DNA of 64,000 bases. Origin: Octopus sinensis. Its lineage: Eukaryota. The notes under the pieces were generated by a model that was not told the DNA's origin, made no database searches, and saw nothing but the letters and a program-made list of their open reading frames with translations. The stretch covers positions 57,176,464 through 57,240,463 of the forward strand of contig NC_043011.1 in NCBI RefSeq assembly GCF_006345805.1, given 5' to 3'. Positions within the stretch are counted from its first letter, which is position 1, and each line of letters opens with the position of its first letter. The position numbers and the translations under genes are program-made. This document shows positions 1 to 12,800 of the stretch, piece by piece.

Positions 1-243
1 TGGCATCTGTGAAAGATTTGAGCAAAGTCATTGCCAGTACCGCCTGACTGGCCCCATGCTGGTGGCACGTAAAAGCACCCATTATGCTCTTGGAGTGGTT
101 GGCGTTATGAAGGGCATCCAGCTGTAGAAACACTGCCAGATCAAGATTGAAGCCTGGTGCAGCCATCTGGTTCGCCAGTCCTCAGTCAAACCGTCCAACC
201 CATGCTAGCATGGAAAGCGGATGTTAAACGACGATGATGATGA
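1..243 (+). mobile_element. family C: 5'-truncated LINE 3'-end / SINE-like repeat with (GAT)n tail
   Basis: GGCACGTAAAAGCACC..GAAGGGCATCCAGCTGTAGAAAC..CCATGCTAGCATGG..GATGAT; roughly 20 copies in the window. Confidence 0.8.
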
Positions 244-254
244 TGGTGATATAG

Positions 255-533
255 CATGCAAGAGAGAAGACTTTGGTGCTGTCATGTATGTGATGCATGT
301 GGAGGCTGGCGTTTGGATAAAGAAGAGCCAAATGATTGAAGCAGAGGAGCCTGTGGAAATAAGGAAGACATCAGAACAATCGATGAAAGCCGATCTTAGG
401 ATTCTGGACTTTGTGAAACGGAAGAGAAGGAAGTGCAGCAAATGGCAAGATTTACTGTTGAAGAAGATTTGCCTAATCCATGCAAGCATGGGAAAGTTGG
501 CGTAAAATGTTGATGACGATGATGATGATGATG
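255..533 (+). mobile_element. RTE-type LINE 3' end, decayed ORF2 C-terminus plus (GAT)n tail
   Basis: RRLWCCHV / VMHVE..WIKKS..RKTSEQSMKADLRIL resemble RTE RRLRWxGHVxRM..RKTW..DL; ends CCATGCAAGCATGG..(GAT)n. Confidence 0.6.
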
Positions 534-1293
534 TTGATCATTATCATCAACTCAGAATATAACTAAATAGATTTTATTGTTTCTGCCAAGCTGTCTTTAT
601 AACATATGTGCATGCATAGCTGTGAGGAAAAGAAGTCTTCTGCCCTACCTCATGGTTTTCGGTTCAGTCCCAGTGTGTGGTGCATTGGGCGGGTGCTTTC
701 TGCTATAGCCCCTGGCCAACCAAATCTACCTTTGTGAATGGATTTGGTTGATGGAAACTGAAAAGAAGCCTGTCATATATGCATGTATATGTACTTTGCT
801 TAGGCATAGTGATGCAAATAATCTGCTGTTAAAATTTTAAAAGGTTCTGAGAGAGCTATAAAGGTGATGCTCAGTTCTTAGTAGATTGCATCTCCTAGCT
901 GAAACGACTCTAAGCCAATGAAATTGTTTATACAATGCCTGTTCCCTTCTCAGTCCTTTCGTTTCATGTGTATCCTCGTCTTAGCATCATAAAATTGTTG
1001 TACATTAATGTCATTCATTCCCAATATTCTATGAAAACATGTCACATGGGGAAATACGACCTTGCTTGGAAATGAGTAAAAGTTGGCAATGAGAAGGGCA
1101 TCTGGCCAGAGAAAATCTGCCTCAATAAATTCCCTCCGACCCCTTGCAAGCATGGAGAAGTGTTTCTTAAGATGATGATGATGATGATATGCCTGTGCTA
1201 TGTAAAAAAACACCCTAATTCTGTACGTGGTGAAGCAATTAACTGACCCCTGATTATAATTATAGAATATTTTATTTATATATATATATTATA

Positions 1294-1570
1294 TTATCAT
1301 CATCATTACATAACATCTGTTGTCCATGCTGGCATGGGTTGGGTAGTTTGATCAAGGCTGGAAGGCTGGACCAGACTTCAGTCTGATTTGGCTGGGTTTC
1401 TACTGCTGGATGCCCTCCCTAACACCAACCACTCGAAGAGTGTAGTGGGTGCTATTTGCATGACACCGCTGTTTGCCATGACTGCGATTATGCTCAGCTT
1501 GATGGGTCTTCTCAAGCAGGACATAATGTCAAAGGTCTCAGTCATTGCCTCTGTGAGGCCCGACACTTCA
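1294..1570 (-). mobile_element. RTE-type LINE remnant joining ORF end (GLTEAMT) to the abundant (GAT)n-tailed 3' module
   Basis: Minus strand GLTEAMT-like peptide followed by GCACCCACTACACTC..GGGCATCCAGC..CCATGCCAGCATGG. Confidence 0.55.
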
Positions 1571-1752
1571 AAGGAATTCAGCCACTTTGCCTCCATGAGG
1601 TCCAACGCCTGAAAGGAACTTGCCTCCGTGGGCCCAGTGCTCAAAAGGAATTCAGCCACTTTGCCTGTGTGTCTGTGCATGCGTTTATATATATACATAT
1701 ATATATAATGTAAAATATGTGAAATTTAGTAATACTCTTTCTTTCATTTCAG

Positions 1753-1801
1753 GTTTAACAAATAAAGAAGTTAATCTCCTTGAAATAGTGCAATGTCTTG
1801 G
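1753..1801 (+). CDS. MMS19: MMS19 exon (first in window) GLTNKEVNLLEIVQCLG
   Basis: ttcag acceptor, gtaagt donor; aligns with the MMS19 N-terminal xxLQVVEALG segment. Confidence 0.85.
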
Positions 1802-3786
1802 GTAAGTGTTGTGATTTTGATTAACCCTTAGTCTACCAGAGAAAATGTATGTCGCTAATTACTAACTGGGTCCAATGGATCCAATATTTTTCTTTTAATT
1901 AAATTTTATTCAAACTACCACTATTTCTTAGCTACATTATTATATATGCTGTCAGGTGAATGAAGAATTACTGTTTCTCACAAATTTTAATTAAAAAAAA
2001 TACAGCTTTCAGAATATATTATAAATTTTTAAAAATTACAAAAATACAGAATTACAGCTCTTTATGGCAGTGAATGCAGAAAACATTGGAATGTTCTTGG
2101 CAAACATGGATATTATAATTCTTACATGTAATAGTTTCCGGCCTTGTATTTGGGACACACAAAGAACATCTTCCTTTTTTCTTTGGCTGTTTAACCCTTT
2201 AGTGTTCAGATTATTCAATCAAACATAATGCCTATTGATTCCCATTGATTTGAATTAATCATGCATTATCTCATATCTTCAAGATCTTGATGGTGTAATT
2301 ACTTAATGTAGAATAACATTGTAGGGTAGGTGTGAGAGCCTGGATCCGGTCAGTTTGAACATAAAACAGACTAGCTATTTTGGCCGGATATGGCCAGTTT
2401 AAATACTTGAGGGTTAAGGAGCCCAATGGTCGGAGTATTTAACATTCTTTTGTGTGTTCTGTGTAAGAGAGAAGGAAAAACATTTCTCTGTCCATTATGT
2501 AAGATAAAAAGTCTTGAGCACTTGTCTTTTTGTTTTTTTCTGTCTTTAGTGCAGCTGTGATGTACTCTACATATCAATGTTTTTTTATATGCCAAATGTT
2601 TATTAATAATAGATGCATGTTTTGTCAGGTGACCCAATGACCAGTTTACAGCTGGTTGTTAATAGAATCATAGTGACTTTGTAGCAAAGGTCATGGGTTC
2701 AATTCTAAGACAGATGTTATGTTGTAGTTTAGTAGTTGTAGTGGTCATAGCAGTAGTAGTAGTTATATTTGTGCTGTTGTTATTTCATAATCTTTGATCT
2801 TTTACTTGTAATCATTTGATCGTGGCCATGCTAAAGCACCACCTTCAAGGGTTTAACCCTTTAGTGTTTGCATTATTCTACCAAAATTAATGCTTTTTCA
2901 CCCACTTTGTTTTGAACTAATCACGCATTATCTTGTAGCCATGAGATTTTGATGAGGTAGCTGTTAATTTTTAAAATGACATTGTAGGGTTGGTGTGAGA
3001 GACCAGATCTGGCCAGTTTGAACATAAAACAGGCAGAATACTTTTGGCCGGTTTAAATGCTAAAGGGTTTAAATTGAACAAATCAGCCCCAGCTCTTATT
3101 TTTTTTTTTAAGCCTGGCACTTATTCTGTTGATCTCTTATGTTGAATCACTAAGTTATGGGGACATAAACAAACCAACACTGATCGTCAAGTGGTGGGGT
3201 AGCTGACAGATGCACACACACATGCATAAATGTTGGCAGTTCTTTATTTGAAGATCATGAATTCTGATTATATATATGGCGGGCTTCTTCACAGTTTCCA
3301 TATACCAAATTCACTTACAAGGTATTGTTTGGCCCATGGCTGTAGAAGAAGAAACTTGCTGAAGGTGTTGTGCAGTAGGATTGAGCCTGAAACCACATAG
3401 CTGCAAAGTGAGCTATCTTCTTTAGCTAATCGTGTTTAATCCTTCAGTCATTTAATCCAGTAATATCGGGCCCAGAGACACCACGTGTTTTATGTGCAAA
3501 CCAGTCATATCCTGTCTCTCACACCTGTCCTACAATGTCATTTCTAAAACGATACGTCCACATCATCGGAATAATGATGCTATGGGACAATGTATGATTA
3601 ATTTAGAATAATGTAGGCGTAGGAATGGCTGCGTGGTAAGTAGCTTGCTTACCAACCACATGGTTCTGGGTTCAGTCCCACTGTGTGGCACCTTAGGCAA
3701 GTGTCTTCTATTATAGCCTTGGGCCGACCAATGCCTTGTGAGTGGATTTGGTAGACGGAAACTGAAAGAAGCCTGTCGTATATATG

Positions 3787-3817
<31 letters not shown>

Positions 3818-6800
3818 CCCTAGCATTGCTTGACAACCTGGATTTGGTAGACAGAGACTGAAAGAAGCCCGTCGTATATGTGTATATATATGTATATATA
3901 TATGTATATATATATATATATGTGTGTGTGTATGTTTGTGTGTCTGTGTTTGTCCCCCAACATCGCTTGACAACCGATGCTGGTGTGTTTGAGCTCCCGT
4001 AACTTAGCGGTTTGGCAAGAGAGACCGATAGAATAAGTCCTGGGGTCGATTTGCTCGACTAAAGGCGGTGCTCCAGCATGGCCACAGTCAAATGACTGAA
4101 ACAAATAAAAGAGTAAAAGAGTAAGAGTAATGTGAATAAATAAGCTTTAAATTTGACGGAGCAACCTGATTGCTAACGAGTAAAAGTAGGTCGGCTCATG
4201 TCAGTTGTTGAATGCCTTGCCTGAGTGAAAGAACATTCTGCTGTAAAGTCTCTGGTTTGACTTTTTATTATTTGAATAGATCTTTGTCAAACCTTTCAGA
4301 AAACCCATTGAAGTATTACCTTTTATCTTTTATCTTGTTTCAGTCATTGGACTGCGACTATACTGGAGCACAGTCTTGAAGTGTTTAGTTGAACAAATCA
4401 ATTGCAATTTTTAAGTCTGGTGCCTGTTCTGTTGGTTTCTCTTACCAAATCACCAAGTTATGTGTCTTAAAATGCAGGATATCACGTAACTCCTACAAAC
4501 CTTAATTATGTTGATTGTGGGCAAGTTGGTTGACTTATTATTCATCATCGTCTTCGTATAATGTCCGTTTTCCATGCTAGCATGGGTTGGACAGTTCGAC
4601 CGGGGTCTGGGAAGCCAGGAGACTGCACCAGGCCCAGTCTGATCTGGCAGTGTTTCTACAGCTGGATGCCCTTCCTAACACCAACCACTCCATGAGTGTA
4701 GTGGGTGCTTTTTATGTGCCACCGGCACAGGTGGCAGGCGACGCTGGCAACGGACATGATCGGTTGGTGCTTTTTATGTGCCACTGGCACGGAGGCCAGT
4801 CGAGGCGGCGCTGGCAACAGCCACGTTCGGATGGTTCTTTTATGTGCCACCGGCTCTGGTATCACAACTGCAATTTCCATTGATTTTTGATCGATTTCAA
4901 TTATTATTATTATTATTTCTATATTTCACCCGTTTTTCTTTCTTCAGGTCAGCATTAACCACTTCAGGACTTAGTCGAAGGGCTGATGGTACAAAGTTGC
5001 TTTGTGATGCTCTTCATCAAATTCCACAAGATTTATTAATTTTTGCCGAAGGTATGTTCATCAGTTTTTTTTTTTTTTTTTTTTTTTTTGGTGACCTGGA
5101 AGTAAGTAGTAGAAATGGTAAAATGCCAAACTAAATGTCTTGCAGTTTTTAGGTTCTGTACATTTCCAGTCTTCGTCTGAACCCTCTTGAGATTTTTACT
5201 TTCCCTTTCATTCTAGAAATAGCAGTTCAAGTGCCCTCAAATCATACTCCACTGTTTAAAATAAACCAACAACAATAAAAAAAAAGTGGCAGATATATTG
5301 GATAATGTTGTTGTAGGTACAGTATGGCTAGAGTGCCTTCAATTGTAGCTCTCCTTAATCAGAGTTGGCCTTGTGTTAATCCATGACAACCAAGCTTGTA
5401 TTGAGTACTGGGATCAGTTTTATCAAGAATTTAACCCTTGACCTTTGCTACTCAGTCACTATGACTCTATTAACGACCAGTTGTAAACTGGTCCTTGGGT
5501 CGCCTGACAAACATGTACACCGGCTGGAATGCTTAGCAGTATTTCGGCTGCCGTTGCATTCTGAGTTCAAATTCCACCGAGGTCGACTTTGCCTTTCATC
5601 CTTTCGGGGTCGATTAAATAAGTACCAGTTACACACTGTGGTCGATGTAATCGACTTAATCCGTTTGTCTGTCCTTGTTTGTCCCCTCTGTGTTTAGCCC
5701 CTTGTGGGTAGTAAAGAAATAGGTATGGGTGTGGCTATGTTGAGGTTGTATTGTGAGAGTGAGTATGGTTGTGTTGAGGTTATGAAGTGTGGCTGTGGCT
5801 ATGTGGTGATGAGGTTTGTTTTATGATTGTGAGTGTTGGTCTGTTATGGTTGTGGGAAGTGATGTTGTGTTGTGGATTACTTGGTGTAAAAATGTTGCTC
5901 CAGTTTTGGATGTCTTAGGAATTCTCAGTCAATTTATTTAACTTTGTTAATCTTTTCTTTTCTTTGCAGTGGAGTTACTCTGCACGTTTCTCTGTAATCG
6001 TCTTGGTGATCATCATTCTCTTCAACCTGCAGCCCTCCATGGCCTCACTGCCCTTGTACGTTGAGTAGCATTTCCGTAACATTTCTTGTTGTCTCCTCTT
6101 AATAATCCTCACATTATTCATTTACATTTGTTCTTTGTATTATTTATTTTTCCATGTGATGTAGTTGTGGGTAGGAGTGTGGGGTAACAAAGTTTGTTTC
6201 CTCACCGTGTGCTTTTAAGTTCTATTCTACCTTGTGGCACCTTAGATGAGTATCTTCTCATATAATCTCTAGCTGACCAATAAACATATGAATGAAACTG
6301 GTATATTTTCTTTTAAATCCTATAAAAAATCTTTCACAGGTTTTTCCCATCCCCTAACTTTGTAATTTTCATTACACTGCCAGATCAGACTGGGCCTGGT
6401 GCAGCCTCCTGGCTTCCCAGACCCCAGTCGAACTGTCCAACCCATGATTCAATTTCCTTAGTTTCCCCTTATGCTCTCTCTACACTTATTTTCCTTTTTT
6501 ATTAACTCTAATGTCTGACTTAATTCTTTATGTCAATCCTATAATCTCCAACATTTAATTTAATCATTCTCATAAGGAATAAAAAAAAAGTATATTTTCA
6601 AATTGGTTTTTGTAAGTTTTTCTCTAATTTTATTAAATCAATTTATTTATTTTTAGAGCAAGTGTTGTAATGTTCCCTCAACAGTGCCTGAAAAGTTATG
6701 TCGGCGGATATTTCGAGAGGTTCAGTGTCCGTCCTTAGCCCAGAAAGACCGTTATTCTGTATATTCTATTATCTATAATTTTCTTGTAACAAAGTTAGAT

Positions 6801-9800
6801 GGTAAGTTGCCAAAAATATTTCCCATCTTTTATCTATCAACATTCTATATATACTGTTTTTTTGTTCAGTTTCTCAGAGAGTATTATTTTAACCCTTTAC
6901 CATTTAAACCAGCCACATCCATGTCTTTTATGCTCAGGCTGGCCAGGTCTGGCCTCTCATGCCAACCCTACTGTATCATTGTAAACACTAACAGTCATCT
7001 CATCAAAATCTCAAAGCTACAAGATAATGATTGATTAATCCAAAACAATGTGAATAAATAAGAATTAGATTTGACAGAGCAATCTGAATGCAAAAGGGTT
7101 AATATTTATTCATAGAATGGTAGATTAGCAGAATTGCTAGAATAATGGACTGAATGTCTTGTAGTAATTAGTTGCATCTTTTACATTCTGAGTTCAAATA
7201 CTGGAAAGGTTTTTTTTTTTTTTTTTTGCCTTTAATCCTTCTGGGGTAGATTAAATTGATTGTTCCCTCCTTGAAAATTCTAAGTCACATTGGAATTAAT
7301 ATTAATATCCTTTATTGTGTGTACATGAATGCCTTATATTCTGTATTGGCACTGCATGAGCAAACTAGTGGCATTGTGGATATTACAACTGGTCACTCTG
7401 TGCTTTTGAAGAACTCTGCAATGGAAAACAAGTTTCTTTGTTTCTTGAAAGCAGGAAAGGGTTGGCAACTGGAAATGCATCCAGTTGTGAATTCTGTCAC
7501 CACTTCAGTTCCCTAACTCATGCTAGTAGGGAAAAGCAGATGTTGAACAAATGAATGAAATATATTGTTAGCTTATGCCTAGGTCTAGAAAATAAGTAGT
7601 TAACAGTAGCAGTACTGGGGCTGATCTCATCATCATCATCATTGTCCGTTTTCCATTAAGATCCTTGAAGATGTTTCTGCAGTATGGCTGTTGTCAATAA
7701 CTGAAACCAGCCAAAAAAAAAAAAAAGAGGCGAATGAAATTTTGTTAGTTGCCCCAGAGCTTTTCACCCCTAGCTAATGGATGCCATTTGTCAATATCAC
7801 CAGAAAAAAAAACATTTACTATACAAAGATTATTTTTATTTGAATTTTCCAATAATGTTTCTTTGTCTAAAAAAAATCTTGAAATCAGTTTTAAATTAGT
7901 AAATTTAATCTTTTTAAAATCCATTTTTCTAAATTTCAACTTATTTGAAAAATAAAATTACATCGTGGCTGATGCCAGCATCGCCTTCACTGGCTTCTGT
8001 GCCGGTGGCACGTGACCTGCTGTGCTTGAGACCTATTGAGTCAAGTACATCAATATCAAAATAAACATCGAATGAAAATTGTAATTGTGATACCTGTGCT
8101 GGTGGCATGTAAAAAGCACCATCCGAACGTGGCCGATGCCAGCACCACCTTGACTGGCTTCTGTGCCAGTGGCACGTAAAAAGCACCAACCAATCGTGGC
8201 TGCTGCCAGCCTCCCCTGGCACGTAAAAAGCACCCACTACACTCACGGAGTGGTTGGCGTTAGGAAGGGCATCCAGCTGTAGAAACACTGCCAGGTCAGA
8301 CTGGGGCCTGGTGCAGCCTCCTGGCTTCCCAGACCCCGGTCGAACCGTCCAACCCATGCTAGCACGGAAAACGGACGTTAAATGATGATGATGAATTTTT
8401 AATGGTGGAACTTGAAGTAGGTTAAAAGAAAACTCATAGTAATGTCATGTAAATATTAGCTTTAAAAACCTCTTGGCTGGGAAAAGTTGAAGACTCGAAC
8501 CCACATCCTTTGTAAACATGGCAATAACTCTGCCAGTGGACCTAAGCAATCCTCCAAATTTCTCCACTATTTTAGAAGCTTTCTTCTTATCAGCAAGAAT
8601 TGTATGTTGTTTATGTCATAAGAATTTAGAAACCTTGGGAGATGTGAAATAAATCCTTTTTCACCAGCAGAACTCAAAGTAGATAAAGCTATAATTTGTT
8701 AAGTGTAGAATATCAGGTTGAAAACAAAAACACCTTGTATGGCCATTCTTAGTTTCTGTTCCTCTTTCCACATGGAAGATGTTCTACCATATTTTTTTCT
8801 TTTTGACAAAAGAATTAAGGAAAATGGACGGTGATTTTGTGTGTGGTTTTATCCAAGCAATGGACGGCGAGAAAGACCCACGTAATCTTCAACTAGCCTT
8901 TCAATGTGCAGAAATAATCATCAGACAGCTTTCGCTAGGTGAGTGATAATCTTGTATTCAGTAAATCTTCTGATAAATAAAAACGGGAATAAATACGAAA
9001 TATTTAACTCTGTTGAGTCTAACCTACCCAACACCTGTTTTCTATGATACACACCTGTTTTAAAGTTAAACTAAATTAAAATGTTCCATCAAAATTTTGT
9101 TAATTTATGTTCCAGACATAAATTAACATTCATTTAGTAGAATAATTTAGGCATTATGAACCAAGTATACTTGGTTCCGAGCATTTGAGACACAGAAGCC
9201 GAGTTTCTGATTGGGGTCTACTTTTCGGAATATTTCACTTTGTGATATAGAGAAAATAGTCTCTAAATTATTTGATCCAGCTGAAACTGTGCTTGATCTT
9301 AAGGGAAAATAGTTTAGCAATGAGATTTAAGATAATCTAGCCACAGCTTAAGTCTTTTATTAATTCTGTGAGATTTATTTTTACAAATTGATGGGAGATG
9401 TGATTTCTAAGTTTAAAATTTAAATCATTTAAAAATTTAAAAGGCATGGCTGTGTGTTTAAGATGCTTGTTTTGCAACCGCTGGGTTTCTGGTTCAGTTC
9501 CTCTGTGTGGCACTTTGGACAACTATCTTCTACCACAGCTCAGGCCATGCAATGCCTTGTGAGCGGATTTCATAAACAGAAACAGTGTGGAAGCCCCTTA
9601 GTGTGTGTGTGTGTGTGTGTGTGTACACAATGTATTTATGTGTGTGTATTGGTGTTTCTTTCCACCGCTTCTTGACAACTTGCTTGTGTTTCTGTCACTT
9701 GGCAGTTTGGTAATGGTGACTGATATAATAAGTACCAGATTTAAAAACCAAATAAGTGTTGATATTAATTTGTTCAACTAATCCTTTCAAGGTGGTGCCC

Positions 9801-12800
9801 CAGCGTGGCCACAGTCTGGTGACTGAAACAAAACCAACCCACCAAAAAATGTGTTGAATTCAGTTCCAAGACAATTCCTCCCTAAAATTATTTCATTTTT
9901 GCTCACAACTCTCCTCTCTGCATTGTTTTGTAGGTCTCTTTGTTGAAGAAATGTTTGAAATTACTGCCTGTTATTTTCCTATAGACTTTCAACCTGTAAG
10001 TATCTCTAATATCCACTGATGATTGAATTTTGTGCATCTTTAAAATGATCTTGCACATAATGCTGTTCCATTAAAAAAGAATTTTTTGTTTTTCTTGCCA
10101 TTTTATTTATTTGCCATTTTTTCCTAGAATTATACGCAAGTGAGTAACCATTACCCACTTCCACTTCAGCAGTGACTGTTCTTAACTGCTGCTACTTTTT
10201 ACACAATTCCTTTATAATTTACATTTGACATTTAATTTCATATCTAATACTGTGACTGTTGTTTCTAGCCTGCAGATAATCCACATGGCATTGAAAAGGA
10301 AGATTTAGTCCTTAGTCTTCGCAGGTGTTTAACTGCAACCTCTAGTTTTGCTGAATTTGTACTGCCACTCCTCTTTGACAAATTATCTTCAGATGTCCCA
10401 GACTCTCGAATCGATGCCATGCAAACTTTGGTAAGTTTAAAAAGACATTTGTTTTCCATTATTTTTATCCTATTGCTCCTACACACACAACCATGTAACC
10501 TGTGCAGACATGAAACAATGGATGCTTAGCAGTATTTCGTTTGTCTTTGCATTCTGAGTTCAAATTCCACTGAGGTCGACTTTGCCTTTCGTCCTTTCGG
10601 GGTCGATAAATTAAGTACCAGTTGCATACTGAGGTTGATCTAATTGACTGTCCCCCTCCCCCCAAAATTTCAGGCCTTGTGCCTAAAGTAGAAAAGAACA
10701 TGAAGCAATGGATGTAAATGATGATGATGATGCAGACTTTTCAATAAAGTTGTCTTTTTTTTTGTTTGTTTGTATGTATTTGTAGATGTTCAGTCTTGTC
10801 TGTGATGTATTGCAAGTTTGAAGGTTAATTTGAAGTTGTGTTTAGGCCCCTAATACTTATAAGTCCCTCGCAGCAGGGTTCATTCGGCCAGTATCTTCTA
10901 GCACAGCTTTCTGTTGACTAAAAGCTTTGTGTGTGGAATTTGTTAAAGGGAAACTTTGTGGAAGTGTGTCAGAGGAACTGTTCCTGTTCTTTGGTGAAGA
11001 ACTTAAACCTTTACCAAAATTTAATGCTACAACCTGGCACTTGGTTATCTTCAACAGACAAAATCTCTGATCGGAGAATACTTTTGCATGTTTCCTCACA
11101 ACACCAAATCAGGTGGCCTTGAAAATATTCCTCTAGGACACAACCATTTCTCATTTGATTTAACTATATACAAATAGTAAAAGTCCCAGGCCATTTAATA
11201 ATGCTTCCCAATTCACTTTCACTGGGTACCACCTCACTGCAATCTCTTGCCCAAGATGGTCTCCTTTTTATTTCTCATAATCCATCCGCTGTCTTCCTTC
11301 CTTCTGAGAAACGTGCAAAGTCTTTTATGAAAACAATTTTGCTTGAGAAGAATTTCTCTTTCAGGGTTTCTGACCCCTTATTCATTTCGTTGTTGCAGCT
11401 CAGAGCCTTTATTTTCTGTGCAATGTTGCTTGACACTATTCATTAGTGTCTTGTTTAACCACGTTTTTTTCATGTTTCCCAAATGAGAACATCTTCCATG
11501 CAGATTTATAGTCAGAAGTACTCTTGTTGTGTCTTTTTACATAAAAAAATACTCTGTTGAATATATTTTTTTACTTTTTAAGATGGTAAAGATGTATTTT
11601 ATTTGAACCAAGTTCATGCTTGGCTGTGTGGCATGAAGCTTGCTTTCCAACCACCTGGTTTTGAGTTCAGTCCCACTGTGTGACACTTTTGGCAAGCATC
11701 TTCTACTAAAGCCCCAGACCAACCAAAGCCTTGTGAATGGATTTTATACTTGGAAACCAAAAAAAGCCCATTGTATATGTTTGTGTTGCTGTCTCCTTGC
11801 CTTGAGTTTATGTGATGATTGTAAGCAAGTGTTACCATCATACAAGCAGTGTTGTTCCTTTCCAATCTTCCATGAAAACATGTCTGGCCATGGGAAAACA
11901 TTCACTGACTTTGAAACATGAGGGTTGGTGACAGGAAGAGCATTCACTCATAGAGAATCTGGTAACAAAAGGCTTAAATATGAAGACTGTAAAACTTGTG
12001 ATTCTTTGTATGAGGAAGGTTAAACTGCTATGAAGCTATATTTTGTTTTAAATCCACAAATTCTGTCTGACCTGTAGGAGCAAGGAAGAGTGGACGTTAA
12101 AATGATGATGAAAATTTGGTTGCTTTTTCTAGCAACTTGAGTGACTTGAATTGAGAATTTATACATTATTAATTTGGTTGCTGTTAAGTCTGGATCACTT
12201 TTCCCAAATTGTTATCATCTCTTCCCTCCACATAGTTCTATCATTACTTTATTGTAAAAAATAACCAACCATTAATTCCCACACGTTTAGCAAGTCTTTA
12301 TCCCTTCTGACCATATTTCTAAAGCTACTTGGCAACCCCAAGAGTGATGGTGCCATTGGGGTAGCTAAGTGTCTCCTCTGTAGTTGCAAGCTACTTGGCT
12401 GTCCCAAGGGTGCTGGTGCCACGCAAGAAGCACCCATGCTGGTGCCTCATAAAAAGCACCATGCTGATGCACGTAAAAGGCACCCAGTGCCACTCTGTAA
12501 AGTGGTTGGCATTAGGAAGGGCATCCAACTGTAGAAACCAGGCCAAAGCAGACAACTGGAGCCTGGTGCCATTTTCTGGTTTGCCAACATGGAAAGCAGA
12601 TATGGAATGATGGTGATAATGATGATACACTGTTTAATTGTATTGATTAGTTTTAAAAATAACCCTATTATCATAAAGCAGGCACTTGGTACATAGCATT
12701 TTTCTTTGTTTCTGTTGATGCTAAAATTATGATGGAAAGTTTTTAATTCAACCCTTTCGATACCTCTCACCCAAGACCACCCGGGTTCAACAATATCAAC

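Noticed and set aside
4587-4883. Recurrent 60-130 aa ORFs with FLQLDALPN / [11 protein letters not shown] / HTHTH / YIYIY motifs
   Set aside because: They are translations of family A-D repeats and microsatellites, not genes.
5724-5885. G/T-rich tract upstream of MMS19 exon 5970
   Set aside because: Low-complexity sequence next to a SINE tail; a splicing role is possible but nothing specific supports it.
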